A DNA stretch of 64,000 nt. It comes from Alloascoidea hylecoeti (taxonomy: Eukaryota). Where the stretch lies: positions 899,885-963,884 of the forward strand of contig BCKZ01000008.1 of NCBI GenBank assembly GCA_001600815.1, written 5' to 3'. Positions 23,078-36,000 of the stretch are shown here, in pieces. The translations under genes and the position numbers were made by a program. The notes below the pieces were generated by a model. The model was not told the origin of the DNA. It was given only the letters and a program-made list of their open reading frames with translations, and did no database searches. Position 1 is the first letter of the stretch. The number at the start of each line of letters is the position of its first letter.

Positions 23078-24607
23078 TTATAAATTGTTACCAAGGTTAA
23101 CATGGACAGCTTTGACATTTGTATAGTTTGCAATTCCATATTCTCCTAATTCTCTACCGAATCCACTCATCTTAACACCACCGAATGGAACTCTGAAATC
23201 AGAATCATTAGATGAATTGATATACACTTGACCTGATTCTAATTGATCTGCAATTGTATGAGCTTTAACAACATTTTGTGTAAAGACAGAAGCTGCTAGA
23301 CCGTATTCCGAATTATTAGCCTTCTCAATAGCTTCCTCTTCAGTCTTGAAAGAAGAAACAGAGACAACAGGTCCAAAAATCTCTTCTCTAACAATCTTCA
23401 TATTTTCTGTAACATCAGCGAAGATGGTTGGTGGAATATAATAACCACCTTCTGGAATACTATTGTTTGGATGTGGGGATGGGTTACCTTTATTGTTAAT
23501 ACCACCAATAATTAATCTTGCACCATCATCGATACCAGACTGAATATAACCTTGAATCTTTTCCTGTTGACCTCTTGAAATCTGTGGTCCTTGCAAAGTA
23601 CCTTCATGGAAGGGATCACCAACTTTAGAAACTTCTTGGATTCTTAATTTATACTGAGTTAAGAATTCTTCATAAATAGATTCATGAACATAAACTCTTG
23701 AAATAGCAGTACATATTTGTCCCATATTTCTCATTATACCTGCGTGAGCCCATTTCGAAGCTTGTTCTAAATCAGCATCAGCACAAACAATCATTGGGGA
23801 TTTACCACCACATTCTAAAGTGATTTTCTTTAGGTTCCCTGAAGCAGCTTCCATGATCCGTTGACCAGTTGCTGTTGAACCAGTGAAAGCGATTTTGTCA
23901 ATCTTTGGATGAGCTGAAATAGCTGCACCAGCTACAGCTCCGAGACCAGTGAAAATATTAATAACACCAGGAGGAAACCCAGCTTCAACAACCAACTTAC
24001 CAAAGTAAAGCATAGATAATGGGGTTAATTCAGCCAACTTTAGAACAACAACATTACCAGCAGCAATTGCAGGAGCGATCTTCCATGCAGCCATTAAAAA
24101 TGGAAAATTCCAAGGGATAATTTGCCCACAAACACCAATTGCTTCATGTTTTGTATAGGCAAATTTTTTACCAGTTGTTTCAATAGTTTGACCAAAGATT
24201 TTATCAGCCCAGCCCGCATAATATTCATAAGTAGAAATGGAAGCATCAATATCACCTTTAGCATTTGTTATCCATGGTTTACCAGAATCCCAAGATTCGA
24301 TTGCAGATATTAATTCAGCGTCTCTTTTTAGTAAATCAACCAACTTTCTCAATAACTGCCCTCTTTCTGTACCGGTGACTTTTTTCCAGGATTTGAATGC
24401 TGTTTTGGCGGAATTAACAGCTTCATCAACATCATCTTTTGTGGCGCCATGGACATTGACTATAGCTTTTGCCGTTGAAGGATTATCAACTTCAATAAGA
24501 GTTCCGTCAGAAGAGGTTTTAAATTCATTATTGATAAAAATACCAATTGGCTGTTGATATTTAACGCCGTTTGGGAGAGTGAGTTCTACTTCTGTATGAG
24601 ATGACAT
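23078..24607 (-). CDS. Aldehyde dehydrogenase, Ald2/Ald3-like
   Basis: Motifs IIPWNFP, FTGSTATG, LECGGKSP (catalytic Glu), GQICTA (catalytic Cys) and EEIFGP. Confidence 0.95.
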   Translation of the reverse strand: MSSHTEVELTLPNGVKYQQPIGIFINNEFKTSSDGTLIEVDNPSTAKAIVNVHGATKDDVDEAVNSAKTAFKSWKKVTGTERGQLLRKLVDLLKRDAELISAIESWDSGKPWITNAKGDIDASISTYEYYAGWADKIFGQTIETTGKKFAYTKHEAIGVCGQIIPWNFPFLMAAWKIAPAIAAGNVVVLKLAELTPLSMLYFGKLVVEAGFPPGVINIFTGLGAVAGAAISAHPKIDKIAFTGSTATGQRIMEAASGNLKKITLECGGKSPMIVCADADLEQASKWAHAGIMRNMGQICTAISRVYVHESIYEEFLTQYKLRIQEVSKVGDPFHEGTLQGPQISRGQQEKIQGYIQSGIDDGARLIIGGINNKGNPSPHPNNSIPEGGYYIPPTIFADVTENMKIVREEIFGPVVSVSSFKTEEEAIEKANNSEYGLAASVFTQNVVKAHTIADQLESGQVYINSSNDSDFRVPFGGVKMSGFGRELGEYGIANYTNVKAVHVNLGNNL

Positions 24608-25169
24608 TTGTTAATATTAATTGAATTAATTGAAGAAGAGAAAAGAGAAAAGAGAAAAAGTGGGGGGAATATTTATACTTCTCCAGCAAACTTAGAGCTC
24701 ACACTTTAAGTCCCAACTTAGAGTATAAAACTACACAAGTATTGATTATGTATATGTATATGTGACACACCTAGTCCGCATATACACTATATAAAGGTAT
24801 ATTCCCAACTAAAGCTTTTTTTAACGGTTTATTCCTTACTCCCGGAGAAGTTAATGAAGGTAATAAATATGCAGATTATGTTTATAGTCAGCTAGTAGTA
24901 TTCGGATCAAGAAAATTCTAGATGTTGTAATGATGTGTATCATTGTGTAATCCCATATTCAATACCAGCAAGGATATAAAATATTGTATTTATAAGCAGG
25001 TTCCAGAGGATGTGACATTGGAAATCATATTACAGGTAATATAGGGTAAGTTATGTGATATGTATCAACCGAGACTTTAGCAAATCATCTCGAAATTTTA
25101 CGCCCTGTGAAACCTAACTCTTAAAATGCCTAAAAATGGTGTATATAAAATCCACAAAATGCGGAGAAA

Positions 25170-25990
25170 CGGGTTTGAAAACGCTGCTCATTTGCTGCAT
25201 ATGTTTGTACCCTATCGGTGCTACTTCATAAATGTGTTAAAGCCACCCAAGGCTCCACAATCCACTAGAAAACTTGAATGTGCCATCTTCTAGAGTTAAT
25301 ACAGAGGTGAAGACACCAAGAAGGCTTTCCATAGGATTAAATCTATTCTTAACGTTGCAATTGATGAAATCGTGTAATGATGGATGATGTCGAAAGCATC
25401 CATCTTTACGACATAATTCACCTGCTGAACCCCAAATGCTTGCACAATCTTTAATAAAAACAACCCGTCCTCGGCGCTCTTCGCCTCATCTAATATGCCT
25501 CCATATGAGTACTTTTTATGTAGACATTAAATAAATTTATTAAATTTTCAAAAACATTGGTTTGGGTTTCTTATGTGCTCAGGCTTGGTACCTAACCTAC
25601 CCGATATCGGCGACTCTTGGATAGGCGCACCCCATTCGCAATTGTTGATAAAGTACGATGCATAAGATTATATATATATGCTTGAAGAATATTTTATATA
25701 CGTATTATCTGGGTTTTACTCATGGCAGAGAATTCCAGTGGAATCGTTGCAATTGAATAACTGAACATTACTTGTTTAAATCTGTTTTGGTTTACTTTTG
25801 GTAGAATATAGCGCGCAATATATTTTATCACAAATATCTGTACCATCAACATTAATGTCACAAACCAATATCAATGCTCTCATGAAGCTGTATTCCTAAA
25901 ATATTCCAATTGTTATAGAAGGTTAAGGATTCGGAACCATTAACAAGTATAACATTAGCTTCCAATTGCATATTCCCGCACTATCCGACC
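25170..25990 (+). ncRNA. Candidate large structured ncRNA (telomerase RNA candidate; alternatively H/ACA snR30-like)
   Basis: No ORF; TATATAAAA at 25142; several hairpins; 5'/3' long-range complementarity; template-like TACCTAACCTACC at 25589-25601. Ends are estimated. Confidence 0.45.
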
Positions 25991-26233
25991 GGAGTAAGAA
26001 TTTTAACAGTATAATTAATATTGAATGTTAGTTAAGTTTAAATTTCATTATTCTATCTATCAATAAAAAGAAAGTATAAGATCATGAATTTAAAAATAAA
26101 TTATTCCGTTCTCAATATGTGTATGTAAAGTGAATGCATGCTGTTGCCAGATCATCAATTGCATCTAAAAATTATCTGGAATGTCGACTGAACTACTATT
26201 CCACAACTTTTTATTATATACTTCAAAGCAGGA

Positions 26234-27559
26234 ATGTCTACAAAGGCTGTTATTTTAGTATGTTTAATAAAAAACACAAGTTTGAAACATTTATATATAC
26301 TAATTTTTGGATCCCATGGCTTTATATAGGTTGGTGGAGATACCACAGGAACAAGGTTTCGACCCCTTTCTCTTAATACTCCAAAGCCATTATTCCCAAT
26401 TGGACCCAAACCTCTTCTTCAATACTCCATTGATGTTTTAGCTTTACTTCCAACAGTTTCTGAAATTCTTATTATTGGATTTTATCCAGAGGATACTTTC
26501 ACCGATTTTATACTTGGAATCAGACGTCAATATCCTGATATTAGTGTCAAATATTTATGGGAATTTCACCCCCTCGGTACGGCTGGTGGTCTCTATCAAT
26601 TTAGAGATTTAGTGAGAAGAGGTAGACCAAAAAAGATATTCTTGATCCATGGTGATGTTGTCTGTGGATTTCCATTAAATGAAATGGAAGAATTTTTCGA
26701 AGAAAAAAGAGCAAAAGCTGTAATTCTTGGTACCCAAGCACATGATGATGTTTTAAAAAATCATGGTGTTATTGTATCTAATTCAAATGAAAAAGTTGTT
26801 CATTATGTTGAAAAACCAGAAACAAAAGTGTCTGGAACAAATATAATTAATTCAGGTGTTTATTTATTTGAAACAAATTATCTTTTTGAAAATCTTGAAA
26901 AAGCAAAAGAATTAAGAGAAATTGCAATGTCAAGTTTTTATGATAATAATCCAAATGCGGATTTTTTTTATTCATTTAATTTGGATACAATGTTAGCTTC
27001 TCTTCCAGAAACAAATCAATTTTATCTCTATACTCCTCCAAAAAGTTCAAAACATTTCTTTTATCAGATCAAAGTCGCTTCTTTTGCTTTAGCCGCAAAT
27101 GCAGCTTATTTGCAACATTTGCAAAGAACTGATCGTCATGCCCCAGGGTTAGCTCAAGCATCCTCTACTATAATTCCACCAGTCTTCATTGACAAAAATG
27201 CAGATGTTGATCCTTCTGCTAAATTAGGTCCAAATGTTTCCATTCATGCAGACGTGAAAGTTGGAAAAGGGGTTAGAGTTGTTAATAGTATCATATTACC
27301 AGGTGTAACTTTGCTTCCACACTCTCTCGTTAAAAATGCAATCATATCTGCTGAATGTAAAATTGGAAGATGGGCTCGTGTTGAAGGTGTAGACAATTCA
27401 GAAGGTAAAGAATTTATTGAAATAGATGGTGTTAAAACTAGACCTGTCGCTATCTTAGCTGAACGAGTAACAGTGAAGGATGAGGTTAGAATACTAAGAA
27501 GTGTTGTTTTAGGTGATAAAACTCTTACGGCAGATGTGGTTGATGAAGTTGTAATGTAA
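26234..27559 (+). CDS. PSA2: Mannose-1-phosphate guanylyltransferase-like subunit (GMPPA/PSA2 type); spliced
   Basis: Exon 1 (26234-26257) reads MSTKAVIL. Intron 26258-26329 has GTATGT...TACTAAT...ATAG. Exon 2 reads VGGDTTGTRFRPLSLNTPKPLFPI...LGTAGGLY...HYVEKP and is in frame with the ORF at 26612; C-terminal hexapeptide repeats. Confidence 0.9.
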
Positions 27560-28625
27560 TACATACTCGATCGTATCTAAATGCATTTGTTGCAATTGAT
27601 ATATTATAGCTACGACTATATAATTATAGACCCATAGATAGATAATTATTCAATAACAATGTGTTCTTCGATTATAACTTATATATATATATTATTCCTT
27701 TTATTATTCTAGAAGTATATGTTACCATATTCTCCATATAATTAAATTGTTAATTATATAAACACTGTTTTGTCACCTATTTGTAGCGTTTCTAATTGGA
27801 AATCTATTAACGAAACTATGTTTAATTGGCCAATCCTCTTGAAATTTATTTGAATATTATTAGAAAATTATTCAATACTATACTACTACAAAAAGGTTAC
27901 TTGATAATTTTGTGAAATATTAATATATTGCGAGATAAATATTTGTGACATATTTCCCTAATTGAAGATCCTATAGTATAAACTTAACATGCAAGCAAAC
28001 AAAAGCAAAGTATGAGAACAATACACTTAATTTGGTCTACAGCATGGTAACCCTATTAAACGTGTGTGTTTAATCATCAATATTGTAATGTAGAGTTATT
28101 TAGCGATTGCATTCTAACAACATTTAAGAATTGATATTTGATGATGTTTTAAAGGGAAAGATATTAATCATATTGTTGTAGAGGCTTGGAAAAAATATGT
28201 GAGTGAAATACTGGTATTTTGCATCTTATTATATCTTAATTTTAAAAATGAGCACAATATACAATACTCCTCAAACCTATAAATTATGTATAATATTAAG
28301 TAATTACTTATGTTACGTACCACTAGTGATGTCTGGTATTAGCTGTGTGTAATATTTTTTAGAATGAATTTCCCAATATCACTCGAGCCTTTGGCTAATA
28401 TAATATAACACTACAAATTGACGGAAAAATACAATGAAGAACTTGTGATTTTTGGATATTATATAGCGCTAGCATATCACCTACAAACGAAAGTTGTAAC
28501 TAGAGCTAGAGTCTTCATTATTATTGTACATGTTGAAGTGAGTCTTAGGTTTTGTGTCAAAGTTCACAATTGCATTATGCCTAATTGTAATGTATTATAT
28601 ATATATATATGATCGTGATCATATA

Positions 28626-29787
28626 CGGGGTCATCGGTGGTATGCCCAACTTTTTTTTCTCCGACGCGTAAAACTATAAACTTTATTTTATCTAAGCCAA
28701 ACTTTAATTTTTGGGCAATCAAAATATATATGAGGAGGTTAACAGATGAAGAAAAGTATATCATATCGTTCATTTGGTTGATGAAGGTAAAAATCATAAT
28801 CAAACTGTAAGAATTATAGGTGTTGATCCAAGTACTGCGAGATGGGTCTGGAAACGCTACAAAAAACTGGCACTGTAGATAATTACGGTACAGCTCCCAA
28901 GAAACTAAAGTTATCTTCCCGAGATTGTAGATCTTTAACAAGAGAATTGCAAAGAAGTCCAACAAAAAATGTCAAAGAATTGGCTGCTTCGGGGAGATAT
29001 GAAGTGGCGCCTATCACCATTCGGAGAACAGTAAAGAAACACAATTATGGATGGAAAAATGAAAGCGAAACCTCTGTTAACAAATAAAAACAAAGCTGAT
29101 CGACTCTTGTTTGCTAAGAAATACTTACATTTTACCATTGATGATTGGAAGAAAGTAATCTTTTCTAAAGAGTCATCCATCTCAAAACTTGGCTCAACAG
29201 CCCCCAAGTATTGCTTCCAAAAAATGGGTGATGGATACAATACAAAGTATGTATATGGTACCAAGATTTAAAGCCAAAATGTCTCCTTCATGATGTGGGC
29301 AGCATTTTGGGNGTCAGAAACGTTCCCAATTGGNAACTTTTNATGCTGGTGCGATCAATTCTGAGAGATACATAGAAGAAGTGTTGATACCAGTAGCTAT
29401 ACCTTTTATTCGGGAGTTTGAAGGTGGTATGTTCCAACAGGATAATGCTCCCATTCACAATTCTAAAAAAACCCGAGGGACTTTGGAGGAATATCAGGTT
29501 AATCAGCTAGTTTGGCCTTCCAACTCTCCAGACCTAAATCACATTGAGAACGCGTGGCATAAGCTCAAAATTGAGCTAAGAAAATAAAACAAAGAAATCG
29601 CCACCATGAAACGAGGTGTAGATACGGTTCGAAGACGCCTTTCAAAAGTACTCCCAGAGCTATGGGATAGTATAAATCATTCATATTTTGACAAACTCAT
29701 AGAATCGATGCCTAAGCGACTAAACCTAGAAATCATGCATATTTTAGGTTGCAATACACATTAGGCATATCCAGAGATGATCCACTG
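28626..29787 (+). mobile_element. Tc1/mariner (DD34E) element, non-functional, copy 1
   Basis: Degenerate TIRs flanked by TA (right end ...TTAGGCATATCCAGAGATGATCCACTG-TA). Transposase remnants WKKVIFSKES, MMWAAF, FQQDNAPIH and SPDLNHIENAW, broken by frameshifts and stops. Confidence 0.92.
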
Positions 29788-31330
29788 TATATAATATAAT
29801 GTGCGCGTAGAAGTGGAAAGTTGCCAAACAGCTAAGCCAAAACAAAAATTGAATCTTAAGTATATCCGTTCTACACGATATTTACAGGCAAGCTGAAAAC
29901 GCATTAGATTAGTAAGATATAGGCTCACATGCTAATACGTATTATATATGTCAGCTTGTCAGGAATTGTCAGCTATTAGCTATTAATATTGGTACAGGTA
30001 TTGCTATTACGTATTATATATCGTATGTAAAAATAGCAAAAGAACTAACATGAACATTTAATTGAGCATGATATAAACCTATAATTATACGTAAATTATA
30101 TTTAGCTTAGATCCAGATACTGCAACTGTATAGGCTAGGTGGGTTGAAACGAGTCTATGGATTAAGAAGATTATAAAGATTACACACCTTTAAAGTAAAT
30201 TTTAAACGATGGTTAATAATGTTCTTGTTACAATAATACCTATATAGTTTATAGGAGAGATCCCGAATGAACGAACCAACAAAAAACAATTATAAGTTAA
30301 GGAATATTACAGGCTAAACTTAATTATACTTTAAATTTAATATTGGTAACTCGTCCGTTGAATGTGTTTTTGCATCAGAAGCTTAAGATATAATTAATAC
30401 TTGGAACTAGGTATTAATATATTTGGTTAAGTAATTAAATAATACATTATTTTAGTTTCTAGGTATATATATTCTAAAATACATTTATTATAAGTATAAT
30501 TTATATAATCAGTAAATTGGAGGGAGAAAGGATATATTTTTAAAGTGTAAATATTTAAAGGCTATTATTTTCTTTTTGCATATATTCAGTTATAGGCAGG
30601 TATTATGTCATTGTAATCAGAGTTCTAAGATCTATAATATTTCTATTTATATACTAGTCGTCTCATGAATCATGACGGGGATTCTGTCTCAGGGATGAAA
30701 AGTAGGGCTTTCAAAGGTTTCATAACTTCAAAACAATGCATTCTAATAATTATTTAGTCAATTTTTACACAATAAGACATTAATACATGATGTAGAACCG
30801 TATCAGTTAATCTTCAAACAATTCACCTACGTCAATTAAATATCATATGCGTTCTAGATCGGTTATTAGAATAAAACAACTATATATTTTTATACCGAAA
30901 ACACAGCAATATAGCAAGATTTAAGGCTTAAATATTTATATTATATTACTTATTATATTTTTGAAAAGAATAATTACTGAACAGGAATCGTAAATTGTGT
31001 TCTTCTAGCTAGAGATCTCAAACACAAATATTAATGCATACATGTATATTGTTCCCAATTATGCAATGAGATAACATCAAGTTGCATGCCCCAAAATTTC
31101 AATTGCAGCTGCACCCTTTCTTGTAACACCCTACTTTATTAATTGAGACAAGTTAAGAATTAATTATGAGCTCAAAACTTCATTACTCTAATTTAATACT
31201 TCGGATGATCCAAAAAATTCTATAAATACTGAAAATTTCCCTTCTAATTCTTTTTTACAATCAACAATTGCGATCTGGCATTGCTTTTACTTTTGATATT
31301 TTCCAAATATAATTTTCAATTGATTTGAAA

Positions 31331-32656
31331 ATGCGTTTTTCATTTACTCTCGGAACAGCTCTTCTCTTTACCTCTTATGTTCTTTGTGATCATGAGACAG
31401 AAGAAGAAACTGCTGTATCAACTAGTGCCAATTATGCTGCAAATACATTAGCAACATACTATACTTCAGCCGAAGACGAATCAACTAGTACCACCAAAAC
31501 CAAGAAGACCAAGACTAAAACCACCAAAACCAAAACCACCAAAACCAAAAAGTCTAAAACCAAAACCAAGAAGACAACAACTTCCGAGGAAGGAGATTAT
31601 TCTACCTATGTGGCTGATGCTTATGAAACTTCTGTTGCTTATGAGAGCGCCGAAGCTAGCGCTTATGAAAATGCAGCCGCTTCTGCTACTGTCGCAAGTG
31701 GAACTGTAGCTGCTTCTGCTGCTGCTGCCTCAGGATCAAGTTCTTCATCTTCATCCTCATCATCTTCATCCTCCTCCTCGTCAGATTCAGTATTTGGTTA
31801 TGCTTCTCAAAATGGTGGTACTACCGGTGGTGCTGCAGGCTCAACCGTTTCCGTTTCATCTTTGTCCGATCTCCAATCTTATGCCTCCTCCGATACACCA
31901 TATGTTATCATTATCACCGAATCTATTACTGGTGCCGACACAGTTAAAATTGCTTCTGATAAAACCATTCTTGGTGCCAGTAGCTCAGTAGTCCTCACAG
32001 GTGTTGGTTTAACAATTAAGGGTGTTAGTAACGTAATCGTTAGAAATTTGACAATTAAAAAGGTTCTTGCAGAGAATGGCGATGCTATTGGAATTCAAAA
32101 GAGTGAGAACGTTTGGATTGACCATTGCGATTTGTCCTCCGATCAAGATAACGGAAAAGATTATTATGATGGTTTACTCGATGTTACTCATGCTTGTGAT
32201 TACATTACTCTTTCTTATAACCATCTCCACGATCATTATAAGGCATCCCTTGTTGGTCACAGCGACAGCAACGAATCTGAAGATAGCGGTCACTTGATAG
32301 TTACATATGCTTATAATTATTTCGATACCTTGAATTCTCGTGGTCCTTCTTATAGATTCGGCACTGGTCATCTTTACAACAATTACTACTCTGGTATGAG
32401 CAATTGTATCAATTCTAGAAAAGGTGCTCAGTTATTAGTTGAGAATAATGTTTTCGTTGGCGCCTCAAAACCTTTATACTCTGTTGATGGTGCAGGTTAT
32501 GCTGTTGCTAGTGGTAATGATTTTGGATCAGGAGAAAATACTTGTGACACAGGTACACTCACCTCTGTCTCTTATTCTTACGATCTTATTGATGCTACAA
32601 GTGTTGAAAGTACTGTTACTGGCTCTGCTGGCGCTACATTAACATTTTCAGCTTAA
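31331..32656 (+). CDS. Secreted pectate lyase (polysaccharide lyase family 1) with K/T-rich and Ser-rich N-terminal extension
   Basis: Signal peptide MRFSFTLGTALLFTSYVLC; PL1 motifs GGTTGG, NVIVRNL, DAIGI, VWIDH, DGLLD and RGPSYRFG. Confidence 0.95.
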   Translation: MRFSFTLGTALLFTSYVLCDHETEEETAVSTSANYAANTLATYYTSAEDESTSTTKTKKTKTKTTKTKTTKTKKSKTKTKKTTTSEEGDYSTYVADAYETSVAYESAEASAYENAAASATVASGTVAASAAAASGSSSSSSSSSSSSSSSSDSVFGYASQNGGTTGGAAGSTVSVSSLSDLQSYASSDTPYVIIITESITGADTVKIASDKTILGASSSVVLTGVGLTIKGVSNVIVRNLTIKKVLAENGDAIGIQKSENVWIDHCDLSSDQDNGKDYYDGLLDVTHACDYITLSYNHLHDHYKASLVGHSDSNESEDSGHLIVTYAYNYFDTLNSRGPSYRFGTGHLYNNYYSGMSNCINSRKGAQLLVENNVFVGASKPLYSVDGAGYAVASGNDFGSGENTCDTGTLTSVSYSYDLIDATSVESTVTGSAGATLTFSA

Positions 32657-33097
32657 ATTATTATGTAACAGTTAATTAGATATTTAAGCTAAATTTATTT
32701 AGAGCAAAATATTTTATAAAAAAAATTCTTTATTTCTTCAAATTTTATTCATATTGTAATTTCAATTATAACGGAATACTATACAGGCCACTTAATTTAG
32801 TCCATTTGGTGGACTACATATTTGGCCACCTCTTGAACCAAATAAAATACATATTGAACTTGATGATAAAAGATGAACAATTATATGGACATTTGGCTAT
32901 CATATATTAGTGCATGTAAATTGCTAATTTCAAAATGTTAATTTCTATTGCGATCAAAATTAATATTGGCATAACAAAAACAGTTGTAATTGCAATTTAT
33001 TACAAAGAGTTCTACATAAATTAAAGTTATACTCAAAAACAAAGTAATCAAATTCTCTTACTCGCTTAGAAACAAGAAGATAATACCACTGTAAAAT

Positions 33098-36000
33098 TTA
33101 TGGCAATAATCGCGTTACATCTATTCTCATTTTAACATCTTCAGATAAAGGTTCATTTTCTACTTTATCGTATAAATTCTTATCAAATTCAGTTTGTCCT
33201 ACTCTTCCACCAACATTGATTTGAACAGTGCCGACACCTAGTCCAGCAAATCCCTTGACCAGTTTTAACACGTCCAATATATCGAAATATACATTACAAT
33301 GTATTAACTCCACTGTTTGCAATTCGGGTGGAAAATTTAAATATCTTTGTAGGATCAAACCATCGACAAAATCACCATTAATACACTCCATGCGAACCTG
33401 TGAACTAAAACTAGTATGAAAATAGTATGACATCCTTGCTTTGGGCCCAGCGCTTGGGTAATCTAATGTTTTCAATATGCCAAGAATTTTGTGTTGTATT
33501 CTGACCAGCACCTCATGATAGAATTTGTTCTTCGAATAATAATGTAAATAAATACTACCGTTGATTGTTCCCAGTAATGTAGTCCCATATAATTCTCTTG
33601 GTGACAATAAATTTTTATTGCACGACCGATTTAATGTGTTAAATGTGCCCGTACTCAAATCTTTTCCTTTATTTTCGTCTTCATAAGAAAGAAGTAGTCT
33701 TTCAGTATTAACTGTCTTTAAAACATTTATATTGTCCTCAATATTAGCAGAAGTAAAATAATTATAACGAGCTTTCTCTTCTAAACTAGATATTTCATGA
33801 GAAGCTCCCAAAATATTGTACCGATAAGAATCATTTAATTTATCAAAATCAGCCTCGTCAATCCCAGACACTAACAAATTTCCTTCAGTATCAGATAAAA
33901 GAATCATGTCAAGACTAGCCTGATCAATGCTACTTAACCAAAAGGGCTTTCCATCCTTTTGAAACAATATAGCATCATATTCTTGATGTTTATGTGCACC
34001 TTTATAATTTAAAGATTTGACTAAGAAGAATGAACTGCATGTCTTCGTCATATTCCCAGCAGTGATAATGCCATCAAAAATTGAAATGCAAGTCACGATA
34101 TCATCAACTTTTGTTTCACGGGATAGAACAGATTGGAACATATATCCAAAGCTATTCTCATTTCCATTTTCTTCTTCATCAATATCCATACTATTTGGAT
34201 AATCTGTAAATGATAATTTTCGTTTTCTTTTTTTACCTGTTTCATTCCCTAGTGTCATCACATCAAAAATCTTCACTTCATAAACGCATATAAACTCATT
34301 AATTCCAGCAACAAATAAACCACCGCCATAATTGGCTAAGGCGAGAGCATTACCATTTGTTTTAATAGCACACTTTATTTTAATCTTTCGATCATGAGAC
34401 ACGGAGAATAAACGGAGATACCCAGAATCGAGCCCACTAGCACCACTTAAATTAGAAACTAAACTGGTGCCCACAACAAATAATGAGTCTAAACGATCGT
34501 TTATTGTCATATAACCATTATAATCATATTCAGTTTCGTGTTCCCTCTCTTTTCCATTTTCGTTTACGCTTTCATATTCAATTATTTTTGAATCCAAGTT
34601 AGATTCATTAAACTGTCCAGGTCGAATATGTCTTTTTATACCATTCAAAGCATTTAAACTATTACATTTATTTGGAATATCATAATAAGTCTCGGAATTT
34701 GCAATTTTACCATCAACTGAATACTCACGATCCCATAATTCACAAATACTAATAACTTCTTCGTCATTTGGAAATTTAAAAGAATCGATTAAATCCATTG
34801 ATTCACAATCAATTAGTAATAATGAACACTTTGGTTTTGGAACACTTGGAGAATTTGAAGAATTTGAAGAAGATGAAAATTCATATTTTGATGATAATGC
34901 AACTAAAAGATTTAACGAAGGTAAATGAATCATTTTGCGGATTAAAGAAGAATGTTGAAATTGTTTCATTGAAATGTCAGGATATGAAGCTAATGATGAT
35001 AACAATACCGTAGATTTTGTAACAAATACAGTTATATCAGAAGCACAATTTGAGGGTGATGATATTGATGATGAAGGACATATCATTGATATATCTTCAA
35101 TTAATAGTTTATCAATATAAACCATACATCCATTATTAATTTTTTTATTTAATCGTGGTGGTAATTGTTTTTGTAATTCAAATTCATGAGGGTCTATGGA
35201 TAATTTCCAAACATTTCCTTCAGAAATTAATAAGATTTGATCTCTATTATTACATTTTCGAAATTTAGGAGGTGAATCTGAATATTTAATAACACAATTC
35301 AATGAATCATCATTATCAATTTCTTTCATAAATTCGAATTTAGAAACTTTATTTCTTTGAGAATATGAAGTAATTACTTTAATCTCTACTTCACCATCTC
35401 CAAAACCAATAAAAAAATATAAATTATTATCACCTTGAAATTTATTTAAGCATAAACTTTTAATAAATTGCTCATCTGTTTTATTATCTTGTTCCCATTC
35501 AAACAATTTATTTCCTTTTAAAGCACTTGTATTATTTGAATCATTTTCATATACATAGAAATAAATCCCAGAATTCCAAAACGCAAGTGCTATAACAGTT
35601 TTAGAATCCCATTCTTCAACATCAAGACATGTAACTTCTTTCTCTAAATTTAATTCTTCAATTATTTTTAAAGATGGAAGAGATAAGATATATAAATTTG
35701 ATTTCGTTGTGAATATTATAGATCTAGATGTTTTCGATATATGTTCAATTTTTTTATTCCTATCATCAAGTGAAAATTGTATGTTTAAAACAGGTATTCT
35801 TATATCAGTCGAAGTAGCAATTAAAGGGTATTCTATATCATCTACAATTATTGTATCAACAAATAATAATGTGGTCGTAAAAGATTCTGTATCATACCAA
35901 TTATCAATTAATTCAACAGTATCTTCTTCTAAATTAATCCTTAAAGTACTAATTGAGTTTAAAACCAAAACAATCAATATATTTAAAGAATTGATAAACC

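Noticed and set aside
25700..25725. CTGGGTTTTACTC resembling RNase MRP/P CR-V
   Set aside because: No matching CR-I strand to form helix P4.
26302..26310. AATTTTTGG Sm-site-like motif as the 3' end of the candidate ncRNA
   Set aside because: It lies inside the PSA2 intron at the branch point, so it is likely coincidental.
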